NCBI GenBank assembly: GCA_963781885.1
Contig: CAWAHW010000002.1
Coordinates: 1,280,001 to 1,344,000 of the forward strand
DNA length: 64,000 bases
Source of the DNA: an uncultured Spirochaetota bacterium
Lineage (GTDB): Bacteria > Spirochaetota > Spirochaetia > SZUA-6 > Fen-1364
Reading direction: 5' to 3'
Shown: one piece after another, positions 11,922-22,095 of the stretch
Layout of the letters: each line of letters begins with the position of its first letter
Position numbering within the stretch: position 1 is the stretch's first letter
Position numbers and translations under genes: made by a program
The notes under the pieces: generated by a model
Seen by the model: the letters and a program-made list of their open reading frames with translations, nothing else
Told to the model about the DNA's origin: nothing
Databases searched by the model: none

Positions 11922-12797
11922 ATGCCCGGCCTCTTCGAAAGCTTCTTTTCGCGGCACCGGAAAGGGGCCACACTCGCAGGGCTCGTTCTCGTCTCGCTCG
12001 TCTGTCTCCTCATCTCCAACAGGACGATCGTCGTAAAGCCGAAGGAGATCGGCCTGTCGGTGGGCGGCTTTTTCCAGAAGGGATTCACCGGCTTCTTCAA
12101 CTGGTTCGGCGACACGGCGGGATCGATCCGCCAGCTGCGCGTGGCGCGGGAAGAGCTGGCTGCCGCGGAGGCGCGCCTCCAGGACATGGACCAGGAGACG
12201 CGGGAGAACCTGGAGCTGAAGCGGCAGAACGCCGCGCTGCAGGCGCAGCTTGATTTTGCGCAGACCCTGCCCCCCGAGCGCATCGCGGCGGAGGTCACCG
12301 CGCGCGACACGGACAACCTCTTTTCCACCCTCACCATCAACAAGGGAACGCGCCAGGGCGTGAAGAAAGGGATGCCGGTGGTCGCCTGGCAGGGCGACAT
12401 CGAGGGCCTGGTCGGCAAGGTGCTCGCGGTCGGGCCGGGCTCTTCCGAGATCCTCCCCCTGTACGACCCGCAGTGCATCGTCTCGTCGCGGGTCGACACC
12501 ACCCGGGACGAGGGGCTGGTGTCCGGGCAGGGACAGGATCGGGGGACTCTCGTGATGCGGTACGTGAAAAAGATCGCCAAGGACAAGATCTCCTACGGCG
12601 ATCTGGTCGTGAGCTCGGGCCTGGGAGGGCTCTATCCGAAGGGCATCAACGTGGGCCGCATCCGCGAGATCTCGGCCCCGGCCTACGAGACATCCCTCGT
12701 CCTCCAGGTGGAGCCCATCATCACCTTCGAGCGCCTGGAATACGTCTTCCTTCTCCTGCCTGCCTCCGAGGCGGCACCCGCGGAGGCCACGCCGTGA
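11922..12797 (+). CDS. mreC: Rod shape-determining protein MreC
   Basis: TM helix, coiled coil, INKG...GVKKGMPV, SGLGGLYPKGI; synteny. Confidence 0.94.
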   Translation: MPGLFESFFSRHRKGATLAGLVLVSLVCLLISNRTIVVKPKEIGLSVGGFFQKGFTGFFNWFGDTAGSIRQLRVAREELAAAEARLQDMDQETRENLELKRQNAALQAQLDFAQTLPPERIAAEVTARDTDNLFSTLTINKGTRQGVKKGMPVVAWQGDIEGLVGKVLAVGPGSSEILPLYDPQCIVSSRVDTTRDEGLVSGQGQDRGTLVMRYVKKIAKDKISYGDLVVSSGLGGLYPKGINVGRIREISAPAYETSLVLQVEPIITFERLEYVFLLLPASEAAPAEATP

Positions 12798-13309
12798 ACA
12801 GGGACCTGCGCACGATCGTCACCACCGTGATCGTGCTTGTGGTCTGCATCCTCCTCCAGAGCACGCTCCTCACGAAGATCGCCATCCGCGGCGTTCGTCC
12901 CGACCTGGCGATGCTCGTGCTCATCTTCGTTTCCATGCGGAGAGGCTCGATGGTCGGCCAGATCTCGGGCTTCGCGTCGGGCTTCCTCGAGGACCTGATG
13001 AATGTCTCGCCGCTGGGCTTCCATTCGCTCCTTCGCGCGGTCATCGGCTACCTCTACGGCCTGCTCTCCGGCAACGTGTTCATCGATCCCTTCCTCATGC
13101 CGATCATCCTCGCCGTCGTGGCGACCATCCTCAAGGGAATCCTCTCGGGCATCGTTTCCGCCCTGTTCGGGATCGCGGCCTCGGGCTTCATCACCTTCAC
13201 GGGCCGGATCTGGATCGAGGTCGGGTACAATGGCGTCATCGCACCCTTCCTCTTCGCGCTGCTCAACCTCTTCAAGGTCTTCAAGCAGGCAGATAAAGAG
13301 AGCGGCTGA
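12794..13309 (+). CDS. mreD: Rod shape-determining protein MreD
   Basis: Hydrophobic protein with PDL and GFLEDL...PLG motifs; GTG start overlaps mreC stop. Confidence 0.9.
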   Translation: MNRDLRTIVTTVIVLVVCILLQSTLLTKIAIRGVRPDLAMLVLIFVSMRRGSMVGQISGFASGFLEDLMNVSPLGFHSLLRAVIGYLYGLLSGNVFIDPFLMPIILAVVATILKGILSGIVSALFGIAASGFITFTGRIWIEVGYNGVIAPFLFALLNLFKVFKQADKESG

Positions 13310-15165
13310 TGGAGTACGGCGAACGCCAGCAGAGGCGGCGCTTCGTTTTTCTCATGGGGCTTTTTGTCGGGGGCCTGGGAATACTCGCCCTCTACATCTT
13401 CTGGCTGCAGATCGTGCGCGGCGGGGAGTTCACCCAGCGGGCGCGCGACGTCTCCGAGCGCGAGACGGTGCTGCCGGCCCAGAGGGGCGAGATCTTCGAC
13501 CGCGCCGCCGACGACCCCCTGGTCTTCAACGTGGATTCCTTCTCCGTCGACATCGCACCGGGCGAAGTGGCCTCCGCGAATCTGCCGGGGCTCTTCGAGC
13601 GGCTGGCAAAAATACTTTCCATCTCGGTGGATGACATCGCGCAGAAGATACCGCCGCGCACCTACCGGCAGTTCCAGCCCATCGAGGTGAAGGGCGGCGT
13701 GACGCTTTCCACGATCTCGCAAATCGCCGAGCACCTGGAAGACTTCAAGGGCGTGAGCTGGTTCAACAAGCCCATCCGCAGCTACGTGGACGCGGAGAGC
13801 TTCGCGCACGTCATCGGCTATGTCGGCGACATCACGCGCGACGAGCTTCAGGTGCTGTACAACAGGAATTACGCGCCCGGCACCTCGTTGGGAAAGACGG
13901 GGGTGGAAAAGCAGTACGACGACATCCTCCGCGGGAAGGATGGGAAGCGTTTCCGGGTCGTCGACGTGAAGGAGAAGGGCGTCACCGGCGCGGAGGAAAA
14001 GATCGAGCCGCCGACGCCGGGAAAGAACGTCGTGCTCACCATCGACCGGCGGATCCAGAAGCTGGCCCAGGAGGCCCTTGGCCCGCGCAATGGCTCGGTC
14101 GTTGTGCTTCGCCCCTCCACCGGTGAGATCCTCGCCCTGGTGAGCTATCCCTCGTTCGATGCCAACCGTTTCTACGCGGCCGACAGCACGGCATACATCA
14201 ACTCTCTCTCCACGAGCCCCTCGTCGCCCTTCCTCGACCGCGCGATCCAGTCCGCCTATCCTCCCGGCTCCACCTTCAAGGTCGTGATGACCACGGCAAT
14301 CGTGGCAGATGGCACCATTCCCCTGACCCAATCCGTCCTCTGCACGGGAAAGTTCCCCCTCGGCGACCGCGTCTTCAACTGCTGGCTCACGACCGGTCAC
14401 GGCTACGAGGACCTCTACGGCGGGCTTGCCCAGTCCTGCGACGTGTACTTCTATACCATGGGCAACAGGCTGGGACCGGACAAGATCATCGACGAGGCGC
14501 ATGATTTCCAGCTTGGCTCGGCCTCCGGCATCGACCTGCCGGGTGAGAACGCGGGCCTGATGCCCACGCCGGACTGGAAGGACAAGGTCAAGCACAAGCA
14601 GTGGGTCGGAGGGGATACGCTGAACATCAGCATCGGCCAGGGCGACGTCTCGATCACCCCCCTTCAGCTCGCGGACGTCGTGGCCATGGTCGTGAACGAA
14701 GGCGTCATCTACAAGCCGCACGTGCTCTTGAAGACCGTCGATCCGCAGACGAACCAGGAAACGGTGCAGCCGCGCGAGATCCTCCACCAGTCGTCGCTTG
14801 GCCGCCAGGTTTTCCAGACCGTGCAGCAGGCGATGCGCGGCGTCATCACGGTCGGCACCGCGGGGCCCGCGATCACCGAGCGGGTGGTCGACATCGCCGG
14901 CAAGACCGGCACGGCGCAGGTCGTTGCCGGCGTCACGAAGAAGCTGTGGCATTCCTGGTTCGTGGCATATGGGCCGTATCAGACGGACAATCCGGATGAC
15001 CAGGTGGTCGTGGCGGTCATGGTGGAGGCGTCCGACAACTGGGAATGGTGGGCCCCGCACGCGGCCAACTTCATCTTCCAGGGCATCTTCGCGCACCAGG
15101 ATTTCCAGGAGGCGCTCACGACGCTCCAGCCGTGGACGAAACCGGTGAAAGGGGCCATCGATTGA
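13309..15165 (+). CDS. mrdA: Penicillin-binding protein 2
   Basis: RGEIFDR, PGSTFK (SxxK), SCD (SxN-like), KTGT. Confidence 0.94.
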   Translation: MEYGERQQRRRFVFLMGLFVGGLGILALYIFWLQIVRGGEFTQRARDVSERETVLPAQRGEIFDRAADDPLVFNVDSFSVDIAPGEVASANLPGLFERLAKILSISVDDIAQKIPPRTYRQFQPIEVKGGVTLSTISQIAEHLEDFKGVSWFNKPIRSYVDAESFAHVIGYVGDITRDELQVLYNRNYAPGTSLGKTGVEKQYDDILRGKDGKRFRVVDVKEKGVTGAEEKIEPPTPGKNVVLTIDRRIQKLAQEALGPRNGSVVVLRPSTGEILALVSYPSFDANRFYAADSTAYINSLSTSPSSPFLDRAIQSAYPPGSTFKVVMTTAIVADGTIPLTQSVLCTGKFPLGDRVFNCWLTTGHGYEDLYGGLAQSCDVYFYTMGNRLGPDKIIDEAHDFQLGSASGIDLPGENAGLMPTPDWKDKVKHKQWVGGDTLNISIGQGDVSITPLQLADVVAMVVNEGVIYKPHVLLKTVDPQTNQETVQPREILHQSSLGRQVFQTVQQAMRGVITVGTAGPAITERVVDIAGKTGTAQVVAGVTKKLWHSWFVAYGPYQTDNPDDQVVVAVMVEASDNWEWWAPHAANFIFQGIFAHQDFQEALTTLQPWTKPVKGAID

Positions 15166-16472
15166 AGCGGATTTCCTTTGCCGCGTTCGATTTCGTTCTC
15201 TTCGGCGCCGTCATGATCCTCATGGGCATCGGCATCCTCTTCATCTATTCGAGCGGCGTCAACGCGAACGGCGTCCTCGTCTCCCGCGAGTTCATACGCC
15301 AGATCGTCTGGTGCCTCACGGGCATCGTCCTGCTCGTGATATTCGCCTTCCTGAGCTACACGACGCTCCGCATGCTGTCCCTGTACGTCTACGCCGGCGG
15401 CCTGCTCCTTCTCCTCATCACGCTCGTCATCGGCCGGCAGGTCAATGGGGCCCGCTCCTGGCTGGGGTTCGCCGAGATCGGAATCCAGCCCGCGGAGTTC
15501 ATGAAGATCGCCTTCATCCTTTTCCTCGCGACGTATTTCACGGGCATCGGCAACGGCATCCGGGAGCTCCCGCGATTCCTGCTCGGGCTCGTGATCCTTT
15601 TCGTTCCGATCGCCTTGACGCTGATGCAGCCGGACATGGGTGAAGCCCTCGCGTTCGTGCCTATCTTCATCCTCATGGCCTACATCGCGGGCGCGCAGGT
15701 CCGTCACCTCTTGTTCATCCTCATCGTGGGGTTCATCGCCTTCGTGCTTGCGGCCGTGCCCACGCTCCATGCCCGATCCGGCGCCACCGGCACGACATTC
15801 CTCTCCGTTATCGCCGACCCCGACATCCTGAAGTACCTGATCCTTGCCGGCGCGGTGGTCGTCGGTCTTGCGCTTCTGGGATGGCGATCGTTCCGTCAGC
15901 GCTACTTTTTCTGGATCGCCTGGACCGGCGGCCTGCTGGTGCTCGCGGGCGTGCTTTCACTCGGCCTGCGTCTCGCGCTGAAGGACTACCAGATCATGCG
16001 GCTGGTCATATTCGTGAATCCGCGTCTCGACCCGCAGGGCGCCGGCTGGAACATCATCCAGTCGGTCACGGCGATCGGCTCCGGCGGCCTCCATGGGAAG
16101 GGATGGCTGCACGGAACGCAGAGCCACTACCAGTTTCTTCCCCAGCAGAGCACGGACTTCATCTTCAGCATCCTCGCCGAGGAGTGGGGCTTTCTCGGCG
16201 CGCTCCTTGTCTTCGGCCTTTTCGTCGTCATCCTCCTGCGCGGGATCAGCATCGTCTGGGCTTCGCGGGAGGATTATGCCATGCTCGTGGGCACGGGCAT
16301 CCTCGCGATGATCTTCTTCCACGTGCTCGTCAATATCGGCATGGCAACCGGCATCATGCCCGTCACGGGCATCCCGCTGATGTTCCTTTCCTACGGCGGT
16401 TCCTCGCTGTGGACCGGCCTGATCGGCGTTGGCGTGCTTATGAACATCAGCCGTCGTCGGCTGCGCTATTAG
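15162..16472 (+). CDS. rodA: SEDS peptidoglycan glycosyltransferase RodA
   Basis: GARSW, IQPAEFMK, QPDMG, TDFIFS, EEWGF, SYGGSS. Confidence 0.94.
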   Translation: MKRISFAAFDFVLFGAVMILMGIGILFIYSSGVNANGVLVSREFIRQIVWCLTGIVLLVIFAFLSYTTLRMLSLYVYAGGLLLLLITLVIGRQVNGARSWLGFAEIGIQPAEFMKIAFILFLATYFTGIGNGIRELPRFLLGLVILFVPIALTLMQPDMGEALAFVPIFILMAYIAGAQVRHLLFILIVGFIAFVLAAVPTLHARSGATGTTFLSVIADPDILKYLILAGAVVVGLALLGWRSFRQRYFFWIAWTGGLLVLAGVLSLGLRLALKDYQIMRLVIFVNPRLDPQGAGWNIIQSVTAIGSGGLHGKGWLHGTQSHYQFLPQQSTDFIFSILAEEWGFLGALLVFGLFVVILLRGISIVWASREDYAMLVGTGILAMIFFHVLVNIGMATGIMPVTGIPLMFLSYGGSSLWTGLIGVGVLMNISRRRLRY

Positions 16473-16478
16473 GGCCGC

Positions 16479-18767
16479 ATGAGCCGCCCGGACCTCTCTG
16501 CCATCCTCCGCCGGGTCGAAAAGCCGGGCCGCTACGTCGGCGGAGAAATAGGTTCCATCGTCAAGACGGATGCGGCGCTCCGCGTCGTGCTTTCCTATCC
16601 CGACCTCTATGAAATAGGCATGTCCAATGCCGCCGTGAAGATCCTCTACGCAGGGCTGAACGCGGTGCCGGGCGTTTCCTGCGAGCGCGTCTTCGCCCCC
16701 GCTCCCGATTTCGAGGCGGCGCTGCGCGCGGCAGGGCTGCCGCTCTGCTCCCTGGAAACGGGGCGGCCCGTCGCAGAGTTCGACATCGTGGCTTTCTCTT
16801 TCGGCTACGAGCTTACGCTCACGAATCTGCTCGCCATCCTCGACACGGGGGGCATCACGCTGGAGCGGCGGAGCCGCGGCCCGCACGAGCCGATTGTCCT
16901 GCTCGGAGGACCCGCCGCGACGAACCCGGCGCCGCTGGGACGGTTTGTCGACGCGGTGTTCATCGGCGAGGCGGAAGGCTGGCTGGAAAATGCCTTCGGC
17001 GCCATGGCGCGGATGAAGGCGAAAGGCGCGGGACGGGACGAGCTTCTTTCCCTGCTGCGTGACGATCCTTCCATCTGGCACCCGGACAGGAAGGGCGTCG
17101 TACGCCGGGCGTACTGGCGAGGCTTCTCCGACGCCCCCGCGCAGGCTGCCTTTCCCGTGCCGAGCCTGCGGGTCGTGCAGGACCACGGCACCGTGGAGAT
17201 CATGCGGGGTTGTCCGAACGCGTGTCGGTTCTGCCATGCCACGGTCCTCTACAGGCCGGGCCGGCTCAAGAATGCATCCATCATCCGGGACGAAGTGCGG
17301 ACCCTCGTGGAGGAGGCAGGGTATCGGCAGATCACCCTGTCGTCTCTTTCTTCAGGGGATTTCCGCGACATCCATGGGCTCGTCCGCGATCTGAATGCCG
17401 CCTACGCCGCACGAAAGGTCTCCTTCTCGCTGCCCTCGCTCAGGGTGGATTCGCTGAGCCTTGCGCTCTTGAAAGAGATCTCGGAGGTGCGAAAGAGCGG
17501 GCTCACCTTCGCGGTGGAAACGGCGCGTCCCGAATGGCAGAAAGAGGTGCGGAAGCTCGTCACTCTGCAGAAAGTGATTGGCCTGCTGCAAGAGGCGCGC
17601 GCGCAGGGATGGAAGGCGGCGAAGTTCTATTTCATGGTCGGGCTGCCGCCTTCATTCGACGAGGACGAGGCAACGCCGATCGTCGAATTCCTCCGTGCCG
17701 TCCGCGAGGCCACCCGCATGAGCCTCAACGTGAATGTCGCCGCGTTCATCCCCAAGCCGCACACCCCCTGGGAGCGCGAGGCGCAGCTCGACGAGGTGCG
17801 CGCGCTGGATCGCATCATGGCCGTGAAAAAAGGTCTTGCCGGCGAAGGCTTCAAGATCGGCTATCACGCGCCTGTCCTTTCACTCCTGGAGGGCATCGTC
17901 TCCCGGGGCGCCGAAAGGGCAGGGGACCTCGTGCTGGACGCCTACCGGCGCGGCGCGCGCCTGGATGCGTGGGAAGAGCACATCAAGCTGGACGTATGGC
18001 GGGAGGCGATTGCAGCGGCAGGCTGGGACCCGATCGGCGAAACGTGCAGACCGCGCACGCGGGAGGAATCCCTCCCCTGGGAATCGATCTCCCTCGGCCT
18101 GTCCACGAGCGTGGTCGCGGAGGGGCCCCTGGCGCCTGCACCTGTTGCCGACAAGGGCAAGCCTGCGATCGAAGTTGCCACCCCGTCACAGGCGACGACC
18201 GGGACACGCGTCATTTTCAGCTACACAAAAAGCGGCCCGGCGGTCTACATCGCGCATCTCGACCTGATGACCGTCTTCGAGCGGGCCGTGGCGCGCGCGG
18301 GATACGCCGCCCGGTTTACGGAAGGCTACAACCCCAAGCCCCGGCTGGAGTTTGCCAATCCGCTCAGTCTCGGGCTGGGCTCGGACGAGGAGATCGCGGC
18401 AATCGACCTGCACGATTTCGACACGGGTGACGCCTTCAGGACGCGGCTGAATCAGAGCCTCCCGGAGGGCGTCCGCATCACGCGCGCGGAGACCATGGCC
18501 CCCGTCCTCCTGGGCGCGCGGCGGCGCTCGCTCATGGCGCTGTACGGGGGCTCGGACTTCGACGTCGTCGATGCGTCCGGAGGCGCGCGAAAGCTGCGCC
18601 TGCCGTCGACAGGGCCGTCCATCCGCAAGGCACTGGAGGCGGAGGGCACGTGGGAGAGCGCGGTCGCGCGGCGGACGGCGACGTGGGCCGTCGATGCGAA
18701 AGGCGCGCCGGTGAGCTACTTCGCGGCGCTCGCGGCATCCCCAGCGGGCAACGTCGAATCTTCCTGA
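16479..18767 (+). CDS. B12-binding-type radical SAM protein (TIGR03960-like) fused to radical-SAM-linked DUF2344 domain (TIGR03936-like)
   Basis: EKPGRYVGGE, YPDLYEIGMSN, RGCPNACRFC; C-terminal HLDL...FTEGYNPKPRLEF. Confidence 0.85.
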   Translation: MSRPDLSAILRRVEKPGRYVGGEIGSIVKTDAALRVVLSYPDLYEIGMSNAAVKILYAGLNAVPGVSCERVFAPAPDFEAALRAAGLPLCSLETGRPVAEFDIVAFSFGYELTLTNLLAILDTGGITLERRSRGPHEPIVLLGGPAATNPAPLGRFVDAVFIGEAEGWLENAFGAMARMKAKGAGRDELLSLLRDDPSIWHPDRKGVVRRAYWRGFSDAPAQAAFPVPSLRVVQDHGTVEIMRGCPNACRFCHATVLYRPGRLKNASIIRDEVRTLVEEAGYRQITLSSLSSGDFRDIHGLVRDLNAAYAARKVSFSLPSLRVDSLSLALLKEISEVRKSGLTFAVETARPEWQKEVRKLVTLQKVIGLLQEARAQGWKAAKFYFMVGLPPSFDEDEATPIVEFLRAVREATRMSLNVNVAAFIPKPHTPWEREAQLDEVRALDRIMAVKKGLAGEGFKIGYHAPVLSLLEGIVSRGAERAGDLVLDAYRRGARLDAWEEHIKLDVWREAIAAAGWDPIGETCRPRTREESLPWESISLGLSTSVVAEGPLAPAPVADKGKPAIEVATPSQATTGTRVIFSYTKSGPAVYIAHLDLMTVFERAVARAGYAARFTEGYNPKPRLEFANPLSLGLGSDEEIAAIDLHDFDTGDAFRTRLNQSLPEGVRITRAETMAPVLLGARRRSLMALYGGSDFDVVDASGGARKLRLPSTGPSIRKALEAEGTWESAVARRTATWAVDAKGAPVSYFAALAASPAGNVESS

Positions 18768-19555
18768 GACTTCACGTCATTCCAGAGACTGTCCATGAGC
18801 GCAAGGCCTGCCTCCGCCGGTGTCAGGCCCCGCGCCGCACACCGTTTTTCCACCTCGCGGAAGCGGCGGTCGAACTTCGCGTTGGTGCGGTGAAGGGCGG
18901 TCTCGGGGGAGACCTTCAGCAGCCGCGCCAGGTTCACGACGGAAAAGAGAAGGTCGCCCACCTCCTCTTCGACCTTTCGCTCGTCAGGGCCTGCAAGCGC
19001 TTCCCGCAGCTCGCGAAGCTCCTCATCGATCTTCTCCCACACCGGCGCGGGCTCCGACCAGTCGAAGCCGACCTTGGCCGCCTTTTTTTGGAGCTGGAGG
19101 GACCTTTCCAGCGGCGGAAGCGACGCGGGCACCCGGTCCAGCGCCGAGACCGGCGCGGGCTCTCCACGGGATGCCTTTTCGTGCGCCTTGATGGCGTCCC
19201 ACTGCGCGAGGACCTCGCCGACGCTCTTCGCCGCGGAGGTGCCGAAGACGTGGGGATGGCGTCGGATGAGCTTGTCGGAAATATGGGCGAGCGTGGAGCT
19301 CACCGAAAAGGAGCCTTCCTGCTCCTTCATCCACGCCATCATCGTCACCAGCAGGTACAGATCGCCCAGCTCCTCTTCCATGTTCGCATCGTCGCCGTTG
19401 TCGATGGCGCTGATGCATTCCCACGCCTCTTCGAGAAGGCTGGACCGGAGGGTGCGCGGGCTCTGCTCCCTGTCCCAGGGGCAGCCGTCGGGGGCGCGCA
19501 GGCGCTGGATGATCGAAAAAAGCCTCTCGAAAGAGGCCGCTGTTTCGCTTGACAT
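18716..19555 (-). CDS. mazG: Nucleoside triphosphate pyrophosphohydrolase MazG
   Basis: LRAPDGCPWDREQ, EELGD, KLIRRHPHVF, VGFDW, EEVGDLLF. Confidence 0.95.
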   Translation of the reverse strand: MSSETAASFERLFSIIQRLRAPDGCPWDREQSPRTLRSSLLEEAWECISAIDNGDDANMEEELGDLYLLVTMMAWMKEQEGSFSVSSTLAHISDKLIRRHPHVFGTSAAKSVGEVLAQWDAIKAHEKASRGEPAPVSALDRVPASLPPLERSLQLQKKAAKVGFDWSEPAPVWEKIDEELRELREALAGPDERKVEEEVGDLLFSVVNLARLLKVSPETALHRTNAKFDRRFREVEKRCAARGLTPAEAGLALMDSLWNDVKSQEDSTLPAGDAASAAK

Positions 19556-19614
19556 CGGCGCCAGTGTCGACGGCGTGCGCGGTCGTGTCAAGGATTGAAT
19601 GAACGTCGTCCCCG

Positions 19615-20769
19615 CTACGACTTGTCGCCGTGTGCGAGCGCGGACAGCGCGTGCACCAGGGCGTCGACGGTCTTCACCCCGAGTGGTTTCTCATTCACGG
19701 TCACGGTCGGCGCGTCGGAGCAAAGCCCCCGGCAGGGGACGAGCTCCAGGGAAAACAGCCCGTCCGGTGTCGTCTCCCCGTCGACGATGCGCAGCTCTTT
19801 CGCAATCGCCTCAAGGAACTCGACGGCCCCCTTGCGCGTGCAGTTTTCCCCGCGGCAGAGCGCGATGCGGTAGCGGGCCGGAGGATCCATGCGAAAAACA
19901 GGGTAGAAAGACGCCGTCTCCAGCACGCTTTCCCGGCTGATATTGAGGAAATCGGAGATGTGGCCGATGGAGTCGCGCGACAGGTAGCCGAAGGCCTTCT
20001 GCGTGTCTTCCAGGATCTGGACCAGGGATTCCCGTTTGGGCTGGAAGCGGGCGAGGATCTCGATGAGCTTCTGCGGCGGATTCTGGCGCGTCGCCGCGGC
20101 CGTCGTGCTGTCGCCGCTCTTTCGGCGCTTGAGGTAGTGCGACAGGATCGCCAGACCCATGGCGATGTTCTCATTGCGCACGATCACGTCGGAGGGCACG
20201 GCGAGCTGCGTGGGTGAGAAGTTCCAGATCGCCTTGATGCCGAGCGACACGATGCGGCCCGCCACCGACTGCGCCGCGTCCTTGGGGACGCAGACGATCG
20301 CGATGCCGACGTCGAAGCTGCGCACGACCCTCTGGAGCGACTCCATCGGCAGGATGGTGAAGGCGCCGAGCACGCTCCCCGTGCGGGCGGGGTCGTTGTC
20401 GAAGATGGCCACGAGGCGCAGGCCGTACTGCGCAAGACCCGGGTACTGGCTGAGCGCTGAGCCCAGCCGGCCGGCGCCGATCAGGATGGCCGTGTTCTCA
20501 TAGTTGATGCCGAGGAACTCCTCGATTGCCTTCTTGAGACCGAGTATCGAGTAGCCCGCCTTCGGCTTGCCCTTGTAGCCGATGAGGGAGACGTCCTTGC
20601 GCACCTGCGTGTCGTCGATGCGGAAGAACTGGGCGAGGTGCCGGGAGGAGACGTACGCCTCGCCCCGCGCCTGCATCTCGGCGAGGATCTGGTGGTAGAG
20701 CGGGATGCGCCGGAGCGTCTGCTCCGGGATGGGATGCTCCAGCGCCTCCAGGTGCGTCCCGTCGTCCAC
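19615..20769 (-). CDS. rex: Redox-sensing repressor Rex fused to a C-terminal NuoE-like [2Fe-2S] domain
   Basis: TLRRIPLY, QVRKDVS, GAGRLG, IWNFSP; then Q..FGYL, ASFY, CRGENC and CRGLC; GTG start at 20769. Confidence 0.88.
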   Translation of the reverse strand: MDDGTHLEALEHPIPEQTLRRIPLYHQILAEMQARGEAYVSSRHLAQFFRIDDTQVRKDVSLIGYKGKPKAGYSILGLKKAIEEFLGINYENTAILIGAGRLGSALSQYPGLAQYGLRLVAIFDNDPARTGSVLGAFTILPMESLQRVVRSFDVGIAIVCVPKDAAQSVAGRIVSLGIKAIWNFSPTQLAVPSDVIVRNENIAMGLAILSHYLKRRKSGDSTTAAATRQNPPQKLIEILARFQPKRESLVQILEDTQKAFGYLSRDSIGHISDFLNISRESVLETASFYPVFRMDPPARYRIALCRGENCTRKGAVEFLEAIAKELRIVDGETTPDGLFSLELVPCRGLCSDAPTVTVNEKPLGVKTVDALVHALSALAHGDKS

Positions 20770-20776
20770 GGGCCGG

Positions 20777-22009
20777 CTACTTCGTGCTGACACTCTGAAG
20801 CTGTTCCTGGAGGGTGAGGCTCTGTTTGGCGGTTTTGATGTTGTCCGCCGCGGGCTGGTACTTCGGATCGAGCTGCAGCACCTGCTGCCAGAGTGAGATG
20901 GCCTTTGCCAGGTTGCCGTTGGCGAACTCCTCCACCCCCTGCAGGTACAGCGCATCCGCCTGCTGCACGCGCACCGCGCGACCGGAATCGCCGAGGATGA
21001 ATTTCGCCTGGACGCTGAACTGGTCGAGTGGGTTGAGTGAAGCGGCCAGATCGAGGTTGTAGTTCATCGTCAAGGCAAGGGTACCGAGGGTCAGCGCGGC
21101 GCCGATACTGATCCGGGGAGCATCCGCCTTCCAGAGCATGCCGCCCTGGATCGAGAGGAAATCCGTAATGGAGACGGTTGTGCCGGTTGCCAGGCTCCAA
21201 AGCTCCGCGGCCGGCTCCCACGAGAAGTTGAACGGATAGTTGAAATCAACGGCGACCGTCCAGGGCCGCAGCGGCGTCCACGAGAATCCAGCGGTCGCCA
21301 TCTTGGGGAGCACCTCATCGGGAAGGGTGGAGACGCCGACGTTCTTCACCACCAGGCCAAGGGAGAAGTTTTTTGTACGCGAATTGTAGAACTTCAGGAA
21401 GTTGAAGCTGGTCTGGGCGCCGACGTCGCCCATGAAGGCCATGGCCGACTGTCCGACCGAAAATATCGGCGGGATGCTGCGGTAGGCGATCTTCAGGTTC
21501 GCGCCCAGCGCAATGCCGTAGAAGTAATAACTGGAGAAGAAGTTGTAGGACATGTTCAACGTGGCGACCGTCTCCGATACATAGTCGCTTGCAACCGTCG
21601 ATCCCCAATCCCCGAACTGCGTGAAGGGGACATAGAGGAACTTGCCCCCGAAACCGATGCCCAGGTCGTTGAAACGCATTGTATAAACGACGCCCTCGAG
21701 ATTGGAATCCGCGATCCAGGCGTGGTGATAGAGGGCAAGCTCTGAGCTGTCCAGCAGGGAGCTCGCGGCCGGGTTCGAATCGATGAACCCGGCATCCCTG
21801 GCCATCGCGGCGTAGGCTGTTCCCATTCCCTCCGACAGGCCGCCGAGGGGAACAAGCAGGGTGGGAAAGGATGTCAACCCCGTGTTCATGTCCTTGAACT
21901 GGTCGAGAAAATCGGTCAATCCTGAATAGAGGTCGGCGCCGGTCGCCCAGACGGTGATAGACTGGAGGGTGAGAAGAAGGAAAATGGTGATCACCCTGCG
22001 TCGCAACAT
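20777..22009 (-). CDS. UPF0164-family (FadL/PorV-like) outer-membrane protein with C-terminal TPR
   Basis: Signal peptide, GMGTAYAA...NPAAS motif, amphipathic beta strands, terminal TPR. Confidence 0.75.
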   Translation of the reverse strand: MLRRRVITIFLLLTLQSITVWATGADLYSGLTDFLDQFKDMNTGLTSFPTLLVPLGGLSEGMGTAYAAMARDAGFIDSNPAASSLLDSSELALYHHAWIADSNLEGVVYTMRFNDLGIGFGGKFLYVPFTQFGDWGSTVASDYVSETVATLNMSYNFFSSYYFYGIALGANLKIAYRSIPPIFSVGQSAMAFMGDVGAQTSFNFLKFYNSRTKNFSLGLVVKNVGVSTLPDEVLPKMATAGFSWTPLRPWTVAVDFNYPFNFSWEPAAELWSLATGTTVSITDFLSIQGGMLWKADAPRISIGAALTLGTLALTMNYNLDLAASLNPLDQFSVQAKFILGDSGRAVRVQQADALYLQGVEEFANGNLAKAISLWQQVLQLDPKYQPAADNIKTAKQSLTLQEQLQSVSTK

Positions 22010-22095
22010 GACTGCCTACAATTATATCTCGGAAGGGAGGGTTAATCCATAGAGCCGGGGGCTGACCGCGGCAGCCATTTCGCCGATACTATGAA

